Shown piece after piece: positions 12,885 to 26,896 of a DNA stretch of 64,000 bases; position 1 is the first letter of the stretch; each line of letters begins with the position of its first letter. Origin of the DNA: Squalus acanthias (Eukaryota); the NCBI GenBank assembly GCA_030390025.1, contig JASTWF010000364.1, positions 310,001-374,000 of the forward strand. Reading direction: 5' to 3'. The position numbers were made by a program, and so were the translations under genes. Under the pieces are notes generated by a model that did no database searches, was not told where the DNA came from, and saw nothing but the letters and a program-made list of their open reading frames with translations.

Positions 12885-15828
12885 ATGAAGTAACCAGGGA
12901 CCATCATATATTAGATCTAGTGTTTAGTAGTGAGCCTGACCTCGTATCGGGCCTCCAGGTGGGGAACATCTGGCCAACAGTGACCACATTATATGGTTTC
13001 AATTGGCTGGTAGAACTAAAAAAAGTACTGAGAATCTGCAACGATTACTGGATTTCAGAATAGCAAACTTCACTAAAGTGACAGACGGTTTGGAACGGGT
13101 AAATTGGCTAACTCTACTAGGTGAGGAGACCGATGTAGAATACAAATGGAAAGCTAACAAGCTTCCCACCAGAGTGGAGTTAATCTGCAGGATGAACGGG
13201 AAATTGTTCAATCTCCGTCGCCTTCAGTCCAGAACCAAGATTGTCCCAACCTCTGTTATTGAATTACAGTATGCAGATGACGCTTGTGTTTGTGCACACT
13301 CAGAGGCCGTTGACTTTCAGTGAAGCGTACGAGACTGGGCCTTACATTAAACATCCAAAAGACAAAGTTTCTTTACCAACCTGCCCCCACCGCACAACAC
13401 TGCCCCCCAACTATTAAAATCCATGACGAGACCTTGGACAGTGTGGACCACTTTCCATACCTTGGGAACCTTCCGTCATTGAGGGCGGACATCGATGACG
13501 AAGTCCAACACCATCTTCAGTGTGCCAGTGCAACCTTCGGCCACCTGAGGAAGAGAGTGTTTGAAGACCAAGACCTCAAACCCGTCACTAAGCTCATGGC
13601 CTACAGAGCAGCAGTGATACCCGCCCTCCTGTATGCCTCAGAGACATGGACCATGCACAGCAGGCACCTCAAAGCACTGGAGAAGTATCACCAACGCTGC
13701 TTCTGCAAAATCCTGCAAACCCATTGGCAGGACAGGCGCACCACTGTCAGTGTTCTCGCTCAGGCCAACATCCCCAGCATTGATCACACTCAATCAGCTC
13801 CAATGGACGGGCCACATTGTCCGTATGCCTGATACAAGACTCCCGAAACAAGCACTCTACTCCGAGCTCTGTCACAGCAAGCAATTTCCCGGAGAGCAGA
13901 GAAAACGCTTCAAGGACATCCTCAAAGCCTCCTTGAAAAAATGTAACATCCTCATCGACTCCTGGGAATCCCTGGCCCAAGACCGCTCAAACTGGAGGAG
14001 AAGCGTTCGAGAAGGTGGCGAACACTTTGAGTTTCTTCGTCGTGAGCAAGCGGAGGCCAAGTCGTCCCTTCAACCACTACCTGCTCCACCAATGGCAGAG
14101 TCTGTCGATCCCACATAGGACTCATTAGTAACCTTAGAACCCACAATACTGGAGTGGAAGCAAGTCATCCTCGACTCTGGGGGACTGCCTAAGAAAGAGA
14201 AGAAAGATGATAAAAAATGTTGAAGATAAATATGTATCCAAAGTCAAAAGAAGGGATTGTGATAAGAAGAAGCCAAGGTGGCTGACTGGTGATATACAAA
14301 GACATATGGTGATATGAACAAAAATGTTTCTATAAGTTAAAAGGCATCTAATACTCAACTAAACAGAGTACAAGGAACAGCTGAAGAAAACAAGGCTACT
14401 ATCAGATCAGCTGAAAGGAGAATTGGAAAGAGGATCATAGACAATTGTGGAAGTAATGGGAAAAGCTTTTTCAATTATGTGAAGAGTCAGAACTGTCAAA
14501 GACTGTATTGGGCCATTGAAGAATGTTCAAGGACAGGTTACGAAGGACTCACTGGGTTTGGCGGAAGCATTAAATGAGTACTTTGCATCGATCTTCACTC
14601 CTGAATGCTTGACTTTGCAAAAAGTAGTTAGATGGATTTGGATCTGTTTGAAAATGGGTCACCAGTGGTGTGCCGCAGGGATCGGTGTTGGGACCGTTGC
14701 TCTTGACTATTTTGATTAATGATCTGGATGTAGATGTTGGGGGCACGCTCTGCAAATTTGCAGCCGATACAAACATCTGTACGAGTGTTAGGACTGTAGA
14801 CGATGTTCAACAGCTTCAGGCGGATCTTGATGTGCTGGGAGATTGGGCTCATGACTGGCAAATGATGTTTAATTTGGAAACGTGCGGTGTTATGCATGTG
14901 GGCAGGGCGAATGCTCAACATTCATACACCCTTCAGGGAAAAGTATTAAAGGTGGTGGAGAAAGAGATCTGGGTATTCTAGTGCAAACATCTCTAAAGGT
15001 ACATGAGCAATGCCGTGAAGCAATAGCTGGAGTGAAGAGTGTGTTGGGGTGCATTCCTAGGACAATTGATTTATAAGACCAGGCACAGTATTTTGTCCTT
15101 GTACAAGACCTTGGTCAGGCCGCACTTGGAATACTGTGCCCAGTTTTGGTCTCCTCACATGGTGGGTGATTGAGGCTTTGGAAAGGTTTCGGAAAGAGTG
15201 CAAAGGCAATCTACAAAACTTACTCCCAGTATAAAGCATCTTAGTCATCAAGAAAATCTAAAAGAGCTGGGACTCTACGCTTGAGAAGCGTAGACTTAAG
15301 GGTGATCTGATTGAGGGTGATAAGATGATGAAGGGAACAGATTGTGTTCCAATTAAATAGGTTAGGGAGGACCAGGGGTCACAATTTTAAGTTGTGTAAA
15401 GCCAGATCGAGGTTAGATGTCAGGAGGTGGTTCCTATCCCGGAGAATAGTGGGCCTCTGGAACAGGCTGCTGTCTCGTGCGGTGAACACTGATTCGCTGA
15501 ATTCCTTCAAGCGAGAGCTGGACCTGTTTCTGGCCGGGGCGGAGATCAGCTCACACAGGAGGGTAGGCACTGTAGGGAATTCAGGGCCAGAGTGATCTCC
15601 GGGACTCATTTCGATCGCCTAGATTAATCAGGGAGGAATTTCCCAGATTTTTTTCTCCGAATTGGCCTGGGTTTTTAAATTTGTTTTTTTGCCTCTCCCA
15701 GGAGATCACCTGGTTTGGGGTGGGGTGGGGAGTCTAGACATTGTGATACACAAGGGATCGCAGTTGTGGGGGACAGGCTGGATGGACCAGAGGGTCTTTA
15801 CCTGTTTGTCATTGTTCGTATAGTCGTA
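12885..15828 (+). mobile_element. Old CR1-type LINE (EN, deleted RT, 3' UTR), split by RTE
   Basis: ILDLVFS..PDLV..SDH; VPQGSVLGPLL; RTRGHNFKL..LWNRL; tail ttgttcgtatagtcgtata. Confidence 0.78.
13155..14207 (+). mobile_element. 5'-truncated RTE-clade LINE
   Basis: GKLFNLRRL, ELQYADDA, GLTLNIQKTK, LLYASETWT, WTGHIVRMPDTRLPKQALY; (aag)-rich tail. Confidence 0.88.
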
Positions 15829-15989
15829 TAAAGGACAGTGTTTGGCAGAGAAACTAAACAATTACTTGACAAATGAACCAAAGGGGAAATGAGAACTTTA
15901 AAAAACCGCAGCGAGTTGTGATGACCTGGAATGCGCTGCCTGAAAGGGTGGCAGAAGCAGATTCAATAGTAACTTTCAACGGGAATTGG

Positions 15990-16325
15990 TGTAAGAAATC
16001 GTGGATTGGCAGAAATAAGAGTCTGTTACGGGTTCCCTAGATCAGCAGTTTGCCTAAGTTGATGAGACAAAGATTCCAGTCATGTCAGAAAAAGAGCTGT
16101 ACAGAGAGTTGAATTACAAGGTCAGAACACAAAAAACAGGCCTTCGAGTGGGCATAACTAGGCCTGATACGGGATGCAGTAAGAAGCTGTAGGATAAACA
16201 AGCTGTCTACAAAGAGGGCAACAAGACCTTTAGAACAGAGATAAGGAGGAAAATGACCTCATGATCCAGGTGAGCGGGAATTTCAAAAGTCAATGAGAAA
16301 TGAGAAAGCAATAGAGCAGGATAGA
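15990..16325. mobile_element. Possible LTR fragment of unknown family
   Basis: Starts abruptly with TGTAAG inside a CR1 3' fragment; non-coding, purine-rich; no matching end seen. Confidence 0.3.
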
Positions 16326-16327
16326 GA

Positions 16328-16772
16328 TAGAAACATAGAAAATAGGTGCAGGAGTAGACCATTCGGTCCTTCGAGCCTGCACCGCCATTTAATGCGTTCA
16401 TGGCTGAACATGCTACCTCAGTACCCCATTCCTGCTTTCTCGCCATACCCCTTGATCCCCCTAGTTGTGAGTATTATATCTAACTCCCTTTTGAATATAT
16501 TTAGCGAACTGGCCTCAACAACCTTCTGTGGTAGAGAATTCCACAGATTCACCACTCTCTGGGTGAAGAAGTTCCTCCTCATCTCAGTCTTAAATGGCTT
16601 CCCCTTTATCCTTAGACTGTGACCCCTGGTTTTAGTTTTCCCTACCATTGGGAACATTCTGCCCGCATCTAATTTGTCTAAACCAGTCAGGACTTTAAAC
16701 GTCTCTATAAGATCCCCCCTCATTCTTCTGAACTCCAGAGGATACAAGTTCAGTTGATCCAGTCTTTCTTGA
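16328..16772 (-). mobile_element. CR1 3' end (inverted)
   Basis: [38 protein letters not shown] on the minus strand; tail at 16328. Confidence 0.88.
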
Positions 16773-18279
16773 TATGATGGGGGAAATAATAACCAGAGTG
16801 TGACAGGAAGGGACAGAATGTTTAAAAATAAGAGTGCAACAGAAAATGGGGCCAAAACAAGGAGGAATGGTAAAAAGACAAAGTTAAAAGCTCTATATCT
16901 GAATGCATGCAGCATTCGTAACAAGATAGATGAGTTGACGGCACAAATAGATACAAATGTGTATGATCTGATCGCCATTACAGAGATATAGTTGCAAGGT
17001 GACCAGGGCTGGGAACTGAATATTCCAGGGTATTTGACAATTCGGAAGGATAAACGGAAAGGGAGGTGGGGTGGCTTTGTTGGTAAAGGATGGATCAGTG
17101 CAGTGGTGAGAAGTGATATTGGCTCAGAAGATCAAGATGTAGAATCGGTTTGGGTGATGAAAAATAATAAAGGGAAAAAGTCTCTGGTGGGCGTAGTCTA
17201 CAGGCCCCCGAACAGTAGCAATACTGTTGGACAGAGTATAAATCAACAAATAATGGAGGCCTGTAAAAAAGGTACAGTAATAATCATGGGTGATTTTAAT
17301 CTCCATATTGATTGGACAAATTAAATTGGCCATGGTAGCCTTGAGGAGGAGTTCAGAGTGTGTATCCGGGATGGTTTCCTCGAACAGTATGTAATGGAAC
17401 CAACCAGGGAGCAGGCTATCTTGGATCTGGTACTGTGTAATGAGACAGAATTAATAAATGATCTCATAGTAAAGGATCCTCTAGGAAAGAGTGATCATAA
17501 CATGGTTGAATTTCAAATTCAGTTGGAGGGTGAGAAAGTTGCATCTCAAACCAGTGTCCTGATCTTAAACAAAAGCAATTACAATGGCATGAGGGCAGAA
17601 CTGGCTAAAGTGGACTGGAAAAATAAATTAAAGGGCAAGACAGTTGAAAGGCAGTGGCGGACATTTAAGGAGATATTTCATAACTCTCAACAAAAATATA
17701 TTCCAGTGAGAAAGAAACCATCCGTGGCTAACTAAGGAAGTAAAGGATGGGATCAAATTGAAAACGAAGGCATACAATGTTGCCAAGATTGGTGGGAAAC
17801 CAGAGGATTGGGAAATTTTTAAAAACCAGCAAAGGATGACTTTAAAAAAATGAATTATGAGAGTAAACTGGCAAGAAATATTAAAACAGATAGTAAGAGC
17901 TTCTACAGGTATATAAAAAGGAAGAGGGTAGCTAAAGTAAACATTGGTTCCTTAGAGGATGAGACTGGGAAATGAATAATGGGGAACGGGGAAATGGCAG
18001 AGACTCTGAACAAATATTTTGGGCTCAATTTTCCCATGGGGGTGGGCTGGGGTCGTGTTATCCACCTGACTCTCATGCGATGTGTGCTACAAATGCGATT
18101 TTCCCGATTGGGCAATTGAGTTCCTGTGTGTGGGAACCCCTGGCCCAATGAGCTTTTCCAGTCTGAAAGTCACCTCCGATGACATCATTGCTGCTGCTTT
18201 TAAGGTCTGCAAGAGGCCTTGCTTCCTTTGCAGACTGCCAACCTTCTGGCCTTTGTTGCTACAGTGACCTGGAGGCATC

Positions 18280-20251
18280 ATGTGCACCAGCAAACCTAAG
18301 TCTGCTCCAAGATTTGAGGACGTCACCCTGTAAGCCCTGGTAGATGGAGCAAGAGCTCATAAGGAGGTGCTCTTCCCTTCTTCAGGGAGGAAGAAGCCTC
18401 CTCAGCAAATGAAGGCTGTGTGACTCCAGGTGGGCCAGGAGGTGAATTCTCTGTCTTTGATCCGCAGAACCTGGCTTCAATGCCGCAAAAGATTTCATGA
18501 CCTTCTGCGCACTGGAAAAGTGAGTATGACTTTCCCATCACCCTCAATCTGATGCCCTTTGCCTCTCCTCACCAGCACTCAGCTTTAGCAACCTTTTCCT
18601 CCACATCCCACTTGACACTGACATCCATGCACCTTTACCCATTCCCTCTCCCTCTATGGTCACATTCACCTAACTATTCGACTATGCAGCCCTCACACTC
18701 CCTATCACTGTCATGCTATGAAAACAACTTACAACACACAGGGAGGGCCCTTGGTCTTGCCACCTCACTCCATCTTTGTCTCCGAAGCATCTATGAGATG
18801 GATTCTATAAACTCAATCATTCATTCTCACTCAAACTCCACTTGTCTCCCTCATTGCAGGAAAAGAGAGCTCTCAATAAGCGGGAAAGAGCGAGGACAGG
18901 AGGAGGGCCACCCTCAGTAGCCCAGCTCACCCCCTGGGAGGAGGCGGCCCTGGAGATCGTGGGAGTCGATGAGGATGCGCAAGTGGGGGACGGGCAGACG
19001 GGCGCAGCAGAGCAAGCCGGTGACAGAATAGTTGTTCATCTCTCTCATTGACATTGCATGAGTCGCTGATAATGATTCTGAAGCTCTAACAGTTGGACTT
19101 ATGATCATCTGCAATATGCACTGTGCATGTCACCTTGGCCTCACATCTGAGTTTTTCCTTTACTCCCCCACAGGACCATCGCAAGCACCCATCCCCACTA
19201 TCCAGGAGGAACAGACTGAGGCTCAAGACTCCTCAGAGGAAGCTGAAACCTCTGAGGGCGCAGCGTCAGCAGAATTCAGAGCACCCAGCACCAGCGCAGA
19301 GACTCTCACCTCGGTGGGACCCTCGCGAGATAGAGTAGTGTTGTCACCTGGTGTATCACAGCTCACAAGTGAGCCTCAGCAGATGGTGGAGACAGGGAAA
19401 GCAGTGGAGAGTCCTTGTCGGAGGGCGCAGGACTCTCCCAGCTCGGCTTAGCTGCAGGTCGACCCTCTGCCTCTGGGTCCATCCAGAAGAACAGCAGTGT
19501 TGGAACTCCAGGAAGAGGTGCAGGAGTCTCTGGCAGGTTTTGTCCCCAGGGTCGCTGCGAGTGTAAAGCGAATGGAGGAGTCCATCGCTAACATGAGCAG
19601 AGCCTTTGTAGAGGCGGTGGCGCATGAACGCATCACCACGGAAAGGATGGCAACCTCCATGGAATCGATGTCTACCTCCACGGAAAGGATGGCTACCGTA
19701 GAGGAGAGGATGGTAACGGCCATGGAGGAGCTTAGTCGCCAGGGTATGGAAAACATGGTATTTGTTCAGAATAGACTGGCATCTCGAGGAGCGATGTTCA
19801 GCTATTGAGCAATCAAGCCAAACCTTCACGCAAGTCCTCGGCAGTAGGACTTCAAGTACAGAAACGAGTCCTCATTTCCCTCCTGAAGTGCAGCAAGGTG
19901 CTGTCAAGCCACTTGCTAGCTCTGAGGTGGGGCAGACCCATGAGAGGGATGTTGGTGGCAGAGAACAAGGAAGTGGGGGCTCCTCTCCAAGCGCTCACAC
20001 GACCAGGACACTGCAAAGTCCTCGGTCAGAGCCCAACCCATCTGAGATCGGCGTCTCAGCCCCTGCACAGCCGTAGGAGCAGCAGACTGTTGGCGAGCCC
20101 TCACAGGCTCGCAACCCCAGAGGACGCCCGCCCGCCCAAGGTGTCGAGACAGGAGCAGCAACAAAGTGAGCAAGGGGCCTCCACATCTGTTGATGCCAAG
20201 GGGGAACCACCACATAGAAGCACGCGTAAGAGAAAGAAACTGCACAAATAG
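18280..20251 (+). pseudogene. Harbinger Myb/SANT-like gene, 3 exons (18280-18519, 18860-19019, 19174-20251), with stops/frameshifts
   Basis: KSAPRF...LFPSSGRK...RTWLQCRKRFHDL|gtgagt; cag|EKRALNKRERARTGGGPP; GT-AG introns; basic C-terminal RSTRKRKK. Confidence 0.8.
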
Positions 20252-20367
20252 TCACAAGGTTTGTCACTTGGGTGAAATGTTATGTTTAATTGTGATAAGC
20301 CATCAGTAGCTTCTTGTAAATAAAAAATCTGATGGCTACTGCTGCAGTTGTGGCCTGTGTCATATCG

Positions 20368-21688
20368 TTATTGGGACTTATACATTGCGGGCTTAGGAGT
20401 AGCAGTTGTCAGAATGATGGTCAGAGTGCTAGGAAGACGATGGGTCCTGGCCATTAACGATGCTGTGGCACGAAGCTGCGAGGCACAAGTGGTTGCTTGG
20501 CTAGGCTCGGCAAATCTGGCCAAGATGAGTGCGTTCCTTGCATCCCGGCCAGCAATGTTCTCGCGTATTGCCGCCGCTGGTTGAGGGGCCTCTGCCAGAT
20601 GTTCGTTTTCTCTCTCCTCCTCATCTGAGGAGGAAATGTGAGGAGCCTCTTGGACCTGAGCAATCTGTAAGCCACGACGCTGTGCCATGTTGTGAAGTGC
20701 ACAGCAAACCATGACGATTCTGGAGACCCTGGCCGCCGCGTACTGCAGGGCTCCACCTGATCTATCCAGGCATCTGAAGCGCATCTTCAGCAAGCCGATG
20801 GTTTGCTTGATGATGGATCTGGTGGAAATGTGGCTGGAGTTGTAGCGCTCCTCAGCCTCGTTGGATGGGCTCCTCAACGGCGTCATTAGCCACTTCAAGT
20901 AGCCATCCGTTAAGTTGGTCTGGCGGACTGAAGAGCGGAGGCACACTAGACTGGCGCAGGATGAAGGAGTCACGGCAACTGCCAGGGTACTTGGCACAAA
21001 CATGCAAAATTTCCTTCTTGTGGTCACACACCAGCTGCACGTTGAGGGACTGGAAGCCCTTGCGGTTGACAAAAATACCTGGATTGCGATGGGGTGCCTT
21101 AAGGGCCACATGCGTGCAGTCAACAACACCCTGCACCCTTGGAAAGCCTGCCAGATTAGCAAATCCAACCGCACGCGCCGTGACATTTGCTTGATCCTTG
21201 GTGAAATGGATGTGATTGTGCGCGATGGCAAAGAGGGCATCGGTTACCTGTGTGATGCGAGTGTGTGCGGCCGCCTGGGAGATGCTGCTGATGTCTGCTG
21301 CTGATCCCTGGAATGAACCTGAGGCAAAAAAGTTGAGTGCTGTGACTTTGAGGGCTGCTGGTAAGGGGTGTCCACCTGCTCCTCTGGGCTCCAGGTCTTG
21401 CTGCACCAGTGCGCAGATGTCACCCACGACCTCTCGCGAAAGTCGGAGCCGCCTTTGGCACTGCTGCTCAGTCATGTTGAGGTAGCTGATCCTCTGTCTG
21501 TAGACCCTGTTTTGGGGGTATCTCCTGCGCCGACGTTCGTCCATGCGCTGGCGCCCTCTGCCCTGAGCAGCTTCAGGTGGCTGAGCAGCATGTTGGAGCT
21601 GCTGCTGTTGCTCAGGGATCTCCTGCTGCCGCGGCTGGTGTTCGTCCTCATCTGATGTCCAGGGGGAAAGGAACCGAATGGTTCCCAT
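20368..21688 (-). pseudogene. Harbinger DDE nuclease (HARBI1-family), frameshifted near 20900
   Basis: [67 protein letters not shown]. Confidence 0.9.
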
Positions 21689-23624
21689 TCTTCTGGTAGA
21701 TGTCTCAGTTGAGGAAGCGCTGAGTCAGGGTGGGGTGAGGGGTTTCCCAGGAGCTCACACTGGAGATGGGTGTCAGGCTCCAAACTTCCACAACAATGAG
21801 TAGGCCTGCTAAAGTTTCCCCAGACCTGAAACAACTAAGTTCTGCCACCTGCAAATGATGATTGCACCAAACTACTCTTTAATGGTGGAGCTGCAGCTGA
21901 AAGCCAGCGAGCCAAATGTGTAACCGTCAGGTTTCACCGTCGTGTTTCAGATGAGGCGTGCATCACATAGGAAACCGGTAAAAATCAGAATAGCCTCTCA
22001 AAATGGCATTATAGAGCCAATTAAGAGCTTGTCAATGGCCTTAAGGGCCTATCCCACTTCTTGGAGGCGGGACGGGAACGGGATCTGAAAACTCACAACT
22101 GGGAAAATTCGGCGGAGGCGGGATCAGGCCCGCCCGCCATTTTTTGATATTTTAACTCCCCACACGCCCCCAATCCCGTCTCCACAGGCCGGTGAAAATC
22201 AAGCCCTTTGTATCCGTCTTCACGGTAGAAGACACTAACAACACCAATAATGGATAATCAAGGGGCCACATGCAGAGGGAAACTAAAGGCAATCACCATC
22301 ACTAAGGAAATAGTACTTGGTACAATAATGGGACTAAAAAATGACAAGTCCCCTGCATCCCAGGGTCTTAAAAGAAGTGGCTGCAGAGATAGTGGATACA
22401 TTGGTTGCAATATACCAAAATTCCCTGGACTCTGGAGAGGTCCCAGCGGATTGGAAAACTGCAAATGTAACACCCCTATTTAAGAAAGGAGGGAGACAGA
22501 AAGCAGGAAACTATAGACCAGTTAGCCTAACACATGTCGTTGGGAAAATGCTGGAGTCCTTCATTAAGGAAGCAGTAGCAGGGCATTTGGAAAATCATAA
22601 TGCAGTCAAGCAGAGTCAGTATGGTTTTATGAAAGGGAAATGTTTAACAAATTTGCTGGAGTTCTTTGAGGATGTAACGAGCAGGTTGGACAAGGGTGAA
22701 CCAGTGGATGTGGTGTATTTGGATTTCCAGAAGGCATTCGATAAGGTGCCACATAAAAGGTTACTGCATAAGATAAGAGCTCACAGAATTGAGGATAATA
22801 TATTAGCATGGATAGAGAATTGGCTAACTAACAGAAAGCAGAGAGTCAGGATAAATGGGTCATTTTCCAGTTGGCAAATGGTAACTAGTGGGGTGCCACA
22901 GGGATCAGTGCTGGGGCCTCAACTATTTACAATCTACATTAATGACTTGGATGAAGAGACCGAGTATAATGTAGCCAAGTTTGCGGATGATACAAAGATG
23001 GGTGGGAAAGCAAGTTGTGCAGAGGACTCAAAGAACCTGCAAAGGGATATAGACAGGCTAAGTGAGTGGGCAACCATTTGGCAGATGGAGTATAATGTGG
23101 AAATGCGAGGTTATACACTTTGGCAGGAAAAATAAAAAAGCAAATTATTTAAATGAAGAGATACTACAAAATGCTACAGTTCAGAGGGACCTGGGGGTCC
23201 TTGTGCATGAAACACAAAAAGTTAGCATGCAGGTACAGCAAGTAATCAAAAAGGCAAATGGAATGTTGGCCTTTATTTCAAAGGGGGTTGGAGTATAAAA
23301 GCAGGGAAGTCCTGGTACAACTGTACAGGGTATTGGTGAGGCCACACCTTGAGTACTGCGTACAGTTTTGGTCTCCTTATTTAAGGAAGGATATACTTGC
23401 TTTGGAGGCAGTTCAGAGACGATTCACTAGGTTAATTCCAGAGATGAGGGGTTTGACTTATGAGGAAAGGTTGAGCAGGCTGGGCCTATACTCATTGGAA
23501 TTTAGAAGAATGAGAGGTGATCTTATTAAGACATAAGATACTCAGGGGACACGACAAGTTAGATGCAGAGAGGATGTTTCCCCTTGTGGGGAAATCTAGA
23601 ACGCAGGGGCACAGTTTAATAAAG

Positions 23625-24045
23625 GGAAGGCAACATACCATCCTGGAGTCATGTCTGCGGCCGCAGAAATGCCTGTCTGCTCCCCATACTATTGAATCCC
23701 TTATCACTATTGCTCTCCCTCTCCTCTTCCCCCCCCCTGCCTGTGCAGCTGAGCCTTCCATGGTGCTTTGGACTTGGCTCTGGCTGCACCCCACAGAGAA
23801 ACCATCGCCCTCACCAGTACTCAGCACCAAATACTGGTTGGTGAGCAAGATGGGCTCAGGGGACTCCTGCACTACCTGCCTGGTGGTCCTCTTCTGTCTG
23901 GCGGTCACCCATTCCCTCTCTACCTGCACACTTTTAAGCTGCGGGGTGACCACCTCCCGAAACGTGCTATCCACGTAGCTCTCCGCCTCGCAGATGCACC
24001 GCAGTGACTGCAGCCGCCGCTCAAGCTCCATAACCCGGTGCCGGT
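23625..24045 (-). mobile_element. CR1 ORF1 fragment (inverted)
   Basis: LERRLQSLR..EAESYVDSTF, AIVIRDSIVWG..R.FCG...SRMVCCLP (esterase-type ORF1). Confidence 0.78.
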
Positions 24046-24525
24046 GTATATTGCCTCTCCCTGTTCCTTCCACCAGCAAACCCTCCCAGGAGTACAGAAA
24101 GTGCAGGGGTGCAATTAAAAATGATATTAGGAAAGCAAAGAGAGCATGAAAAATTCTTGGCAAGTAAAATCAAGGAAAACCCAAAGATGTTTTGTAAAGA
24201 TATTAAGAGTAAGAGGATAACTAAAGAAAGGGTAGGGCCTATTAGAGATCATGAGGGTAATGTGTGTGTGGAGGCGGGAGACGTCGGTAGGGTTCTTAAT
24301 GAATACTTTGCGTCTGTTTTCACAAAGGAGAGGGGCGAAGCAGACATTGCTATCGGGGGGGGAGGAGTGTGAAGTATTAGATGAAATAAACATAGTGAGG
24401 GGAAGTATTAAGGGGTTTAGCAGCTTTAAAAGTGGATAAATCCCCAGGCCCCAGATGAAATGTATCCCAGGCTGTTAAGCGAAGCAAAAGAGGAAATAGC
24501 AGAGGCCCTGACCATTTTTCAATCA

Positions 24526-26268
24526 CTTGGGTACGAGTCAGGACATTAACCTGGACCTCTAACGGGCGCAAGTTCGTCCGCTGAGGTTTCAATTATATTT
24601 TTATTAGCATAGGCTGGTGGTCTTTCAGACAGGTGGCATATGAGATGGGGACCTCACGGGAAGGAAATATCAAGGGAGAATATAGCTCCTCGCTTAACCC
24701 CTAGCATTGTTTATCATAACTCGTGGGGGGGTCTACTCCCATGACTGCTGCTATTACAGCCCGTTGGTTACCCAACTGATTTTCTAACTGTTGTATAGTA
24801 TTCTGACATTGCTTGTGGTCTAACTCCCTGTGGGGGCGCTGAAGAGCCTCTCTCAGGGCCCCTCGTGAATCATTTCATTGGCTGATCAGACGGTCATTAT
24901 CTTTTGTTAAGAAGGCTATTGGGCTTTTAGCCTCCTCAAGATTCTGTATTGCAGCGCCGGCATGAACTGCATTAATACTCTGCTGTTGTATTATTGCTGT
25001 TGCAGCACCGATTTGTCCTTGAAGGACTTTGTTTGTTTAATTCTACAGCTTCTTTTTCCCATTTTAATTTCTCACCCTGTAACGTTAGATTCTCTTCTAT
25101 AAGCCGTAGTTTGTCTTTTTCTAATTTATCCTGTTCATCTTCCATCTTTAGGAAGGTTTCTTTATCTTGTTCTACACAATACACTGCGGCTTGGGCCATG
25201 AGCAGCGCTGCCCTAGCCGGCTTCCATTTCTTTTCCTTAACTTGTCTTTCAATCAACGCCACAACCTCCTCGAAAAATACCTTCACATCCTTTGTTAGAC
25301 ATTCTACTAACATCTGTAACTGTGCCTCATCGCACTTCTCATTAACTTCGCTTTATAATCTACAAGAACATTCTCACTCGACATTCTTTTGTACGTTAAA
25401 TAGACACGGTTAGAAAACCTAACTTTCCACGAGGATCCTCGTTGATCAGAGGAAAATCCAAACACCTGCTTTATGCACAATAGCCCTGGTTTCAGTTAAT
25501 AGTCACAGCCTCACATTGGGCGCCAAATTGTAGCTTCCAAAAGCTCTTATAATAATTTGTCCGTGACTACACAAACCACTCTGGGTACAGGGATATTGTG
25601 TATCAGTAAAACAGGTTTATTAAACATCCAGTACAAAGAAGTAATACTTAACAAGGAGATAGTCACAGTCTTGTTCGTTTGAGCCTCGGCGTTGCGACTG
25701 TGGCGCGTCTCTGGTTTCTTGCTGTGTTCTGTCGACTGAAGCTGGTTCGCGCTGCCTTCAGTGTTCAAAATCCGTATCTTTATACACCTTTTTTGCCTCT
25801 TCCTACGTGACTTCAAACAGCTATCCGACACCTGGTACCTGTTTTATGACCTTGTTGATCCCACTAGATCTCGCTTTGTGCATATCAAAGGGCCCTTTTA
25901 ACTTTAGATATTCTCTTTCAAAAAACCATTTCCCAAGATGTTGTCCAAACAATTTGTCCATTTATATATTGTTATCACTGAGGGGTGCTTCTCTTATCTC
26001 TCTCTCTTCTCCAACTCTTATCTCTTTTCTATCACATTACTGAATACCACCTCCCTGACAGTCTCCATAAACTTAGCATTACATTCCATCACTTCAGTAA
26101 TTGCAAACAGAGCGCGTTTCAGTCAGGTTAGCACAATTTCCCATCCTGCTTTTCTCTCAGCCATTCGCCATTTTATTCAAGCTTTTTTAGGCTTTTAACA
26201 TACAATTTCACATATTATAGTTATACAAAAATGTTTTACTAAATCATACAAATACACCCTATCCTACA
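24526..26268 (-). mobile_element. Truncated LTR retroelement: 5' LTR + tRNA-Lys PBS + decayed gag N-terminus
   Basis: LTR 26268-25529 with TGTAG...CTACA ends; PBS 3 nt downstream; coiled-coil ORF 24972-25313 and DHKQCQ motif. Confidence 0.85.
25507..25525 (-). promoter_or_regulatory. Primer binding site, tRNA-Lys(CUU) type
   Basis: Minus strand TGGCGCCCAATGTGAGGCT vs Lys1,2 PBS TGGCGCCCAACGTGGGGCT (2 mismatches). Confidence 0.85.
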
Positions 26269-26896
26269 CTGGCTTCAGGTGTGGTGCTGGAGGACTGCTA
26301 ACGTGGTACCCTTGTTTAAAAAGGGAGAAAAGGAATAGACCGAGTAATTACAGGCCAGTCAGCCTAACCTTGGTGGTGGGAAAATTATTGGAAAGAATTC
26401 TGAAGGACAGGATAAATCTTCATTTAGAAAGACACGGATTAATCAAGGATAGTCAGCATAGATTTGTTAAGGGAAGGTCATGTCTGACAAACTTGATTGA
26501 ATTTTTTGAGGTGGTAACAAGGAGGGTAGATGAGGGTAGTGCGTTTGATGTAGTTTATATGGACTTTAGCAATGCTTTTGATAAGGTACCACATGGCAAA
26601 CTGGTCACGAAGTTAAAAGCCCGTGGGATCCAGGGCAAAGTGTCAAGTTGGATTCAAAACTGGCTCGGAGACAGGAAGCAGAGGGTTGATGGGTGTTTTT
26701 GTGACTGGAAGGCTGTTTCCAGTGGGGTTCCACAGGGCTCAGAACTAGGTCCCTTGCTTTTTGTGGTATATATCAATGATCTAGACTTGAATATAGCGGG
26801 TATGATTAAGAAGTTTGCAGAGGATACTAAAATCGACTGTGGTTGATACTGAAGGAGGAAGCTGTAGACTGCAGGAAGATATCAATAAATTGGTCA

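Larger units (their letters stand above)
18021..22206. mobile_element. Full-length PIF/Harbinger DNA transposon (two convergent genes)
   Basis: TIRs gggctcaattttccc / ggtgaaaatcaagccc; 3-bp TSD TTT (18018-18020, 22207-22209); Myb-like and nuclease genes inside. Confidence 0.93.
16775..23620 (+). mobile_element. CR1 ORF2 (EN + RT), interrupted by Harbinger at 18021-22206
   Basis: YLNACSIRNK, GVVYRPP, MGDFN, ILDLVL, KSDHN; after the insert YLDFQKAFDKVPH, KFADDTK; junction rebuilds ETLNKYFVSVFTVED. Confidence 0.9.
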
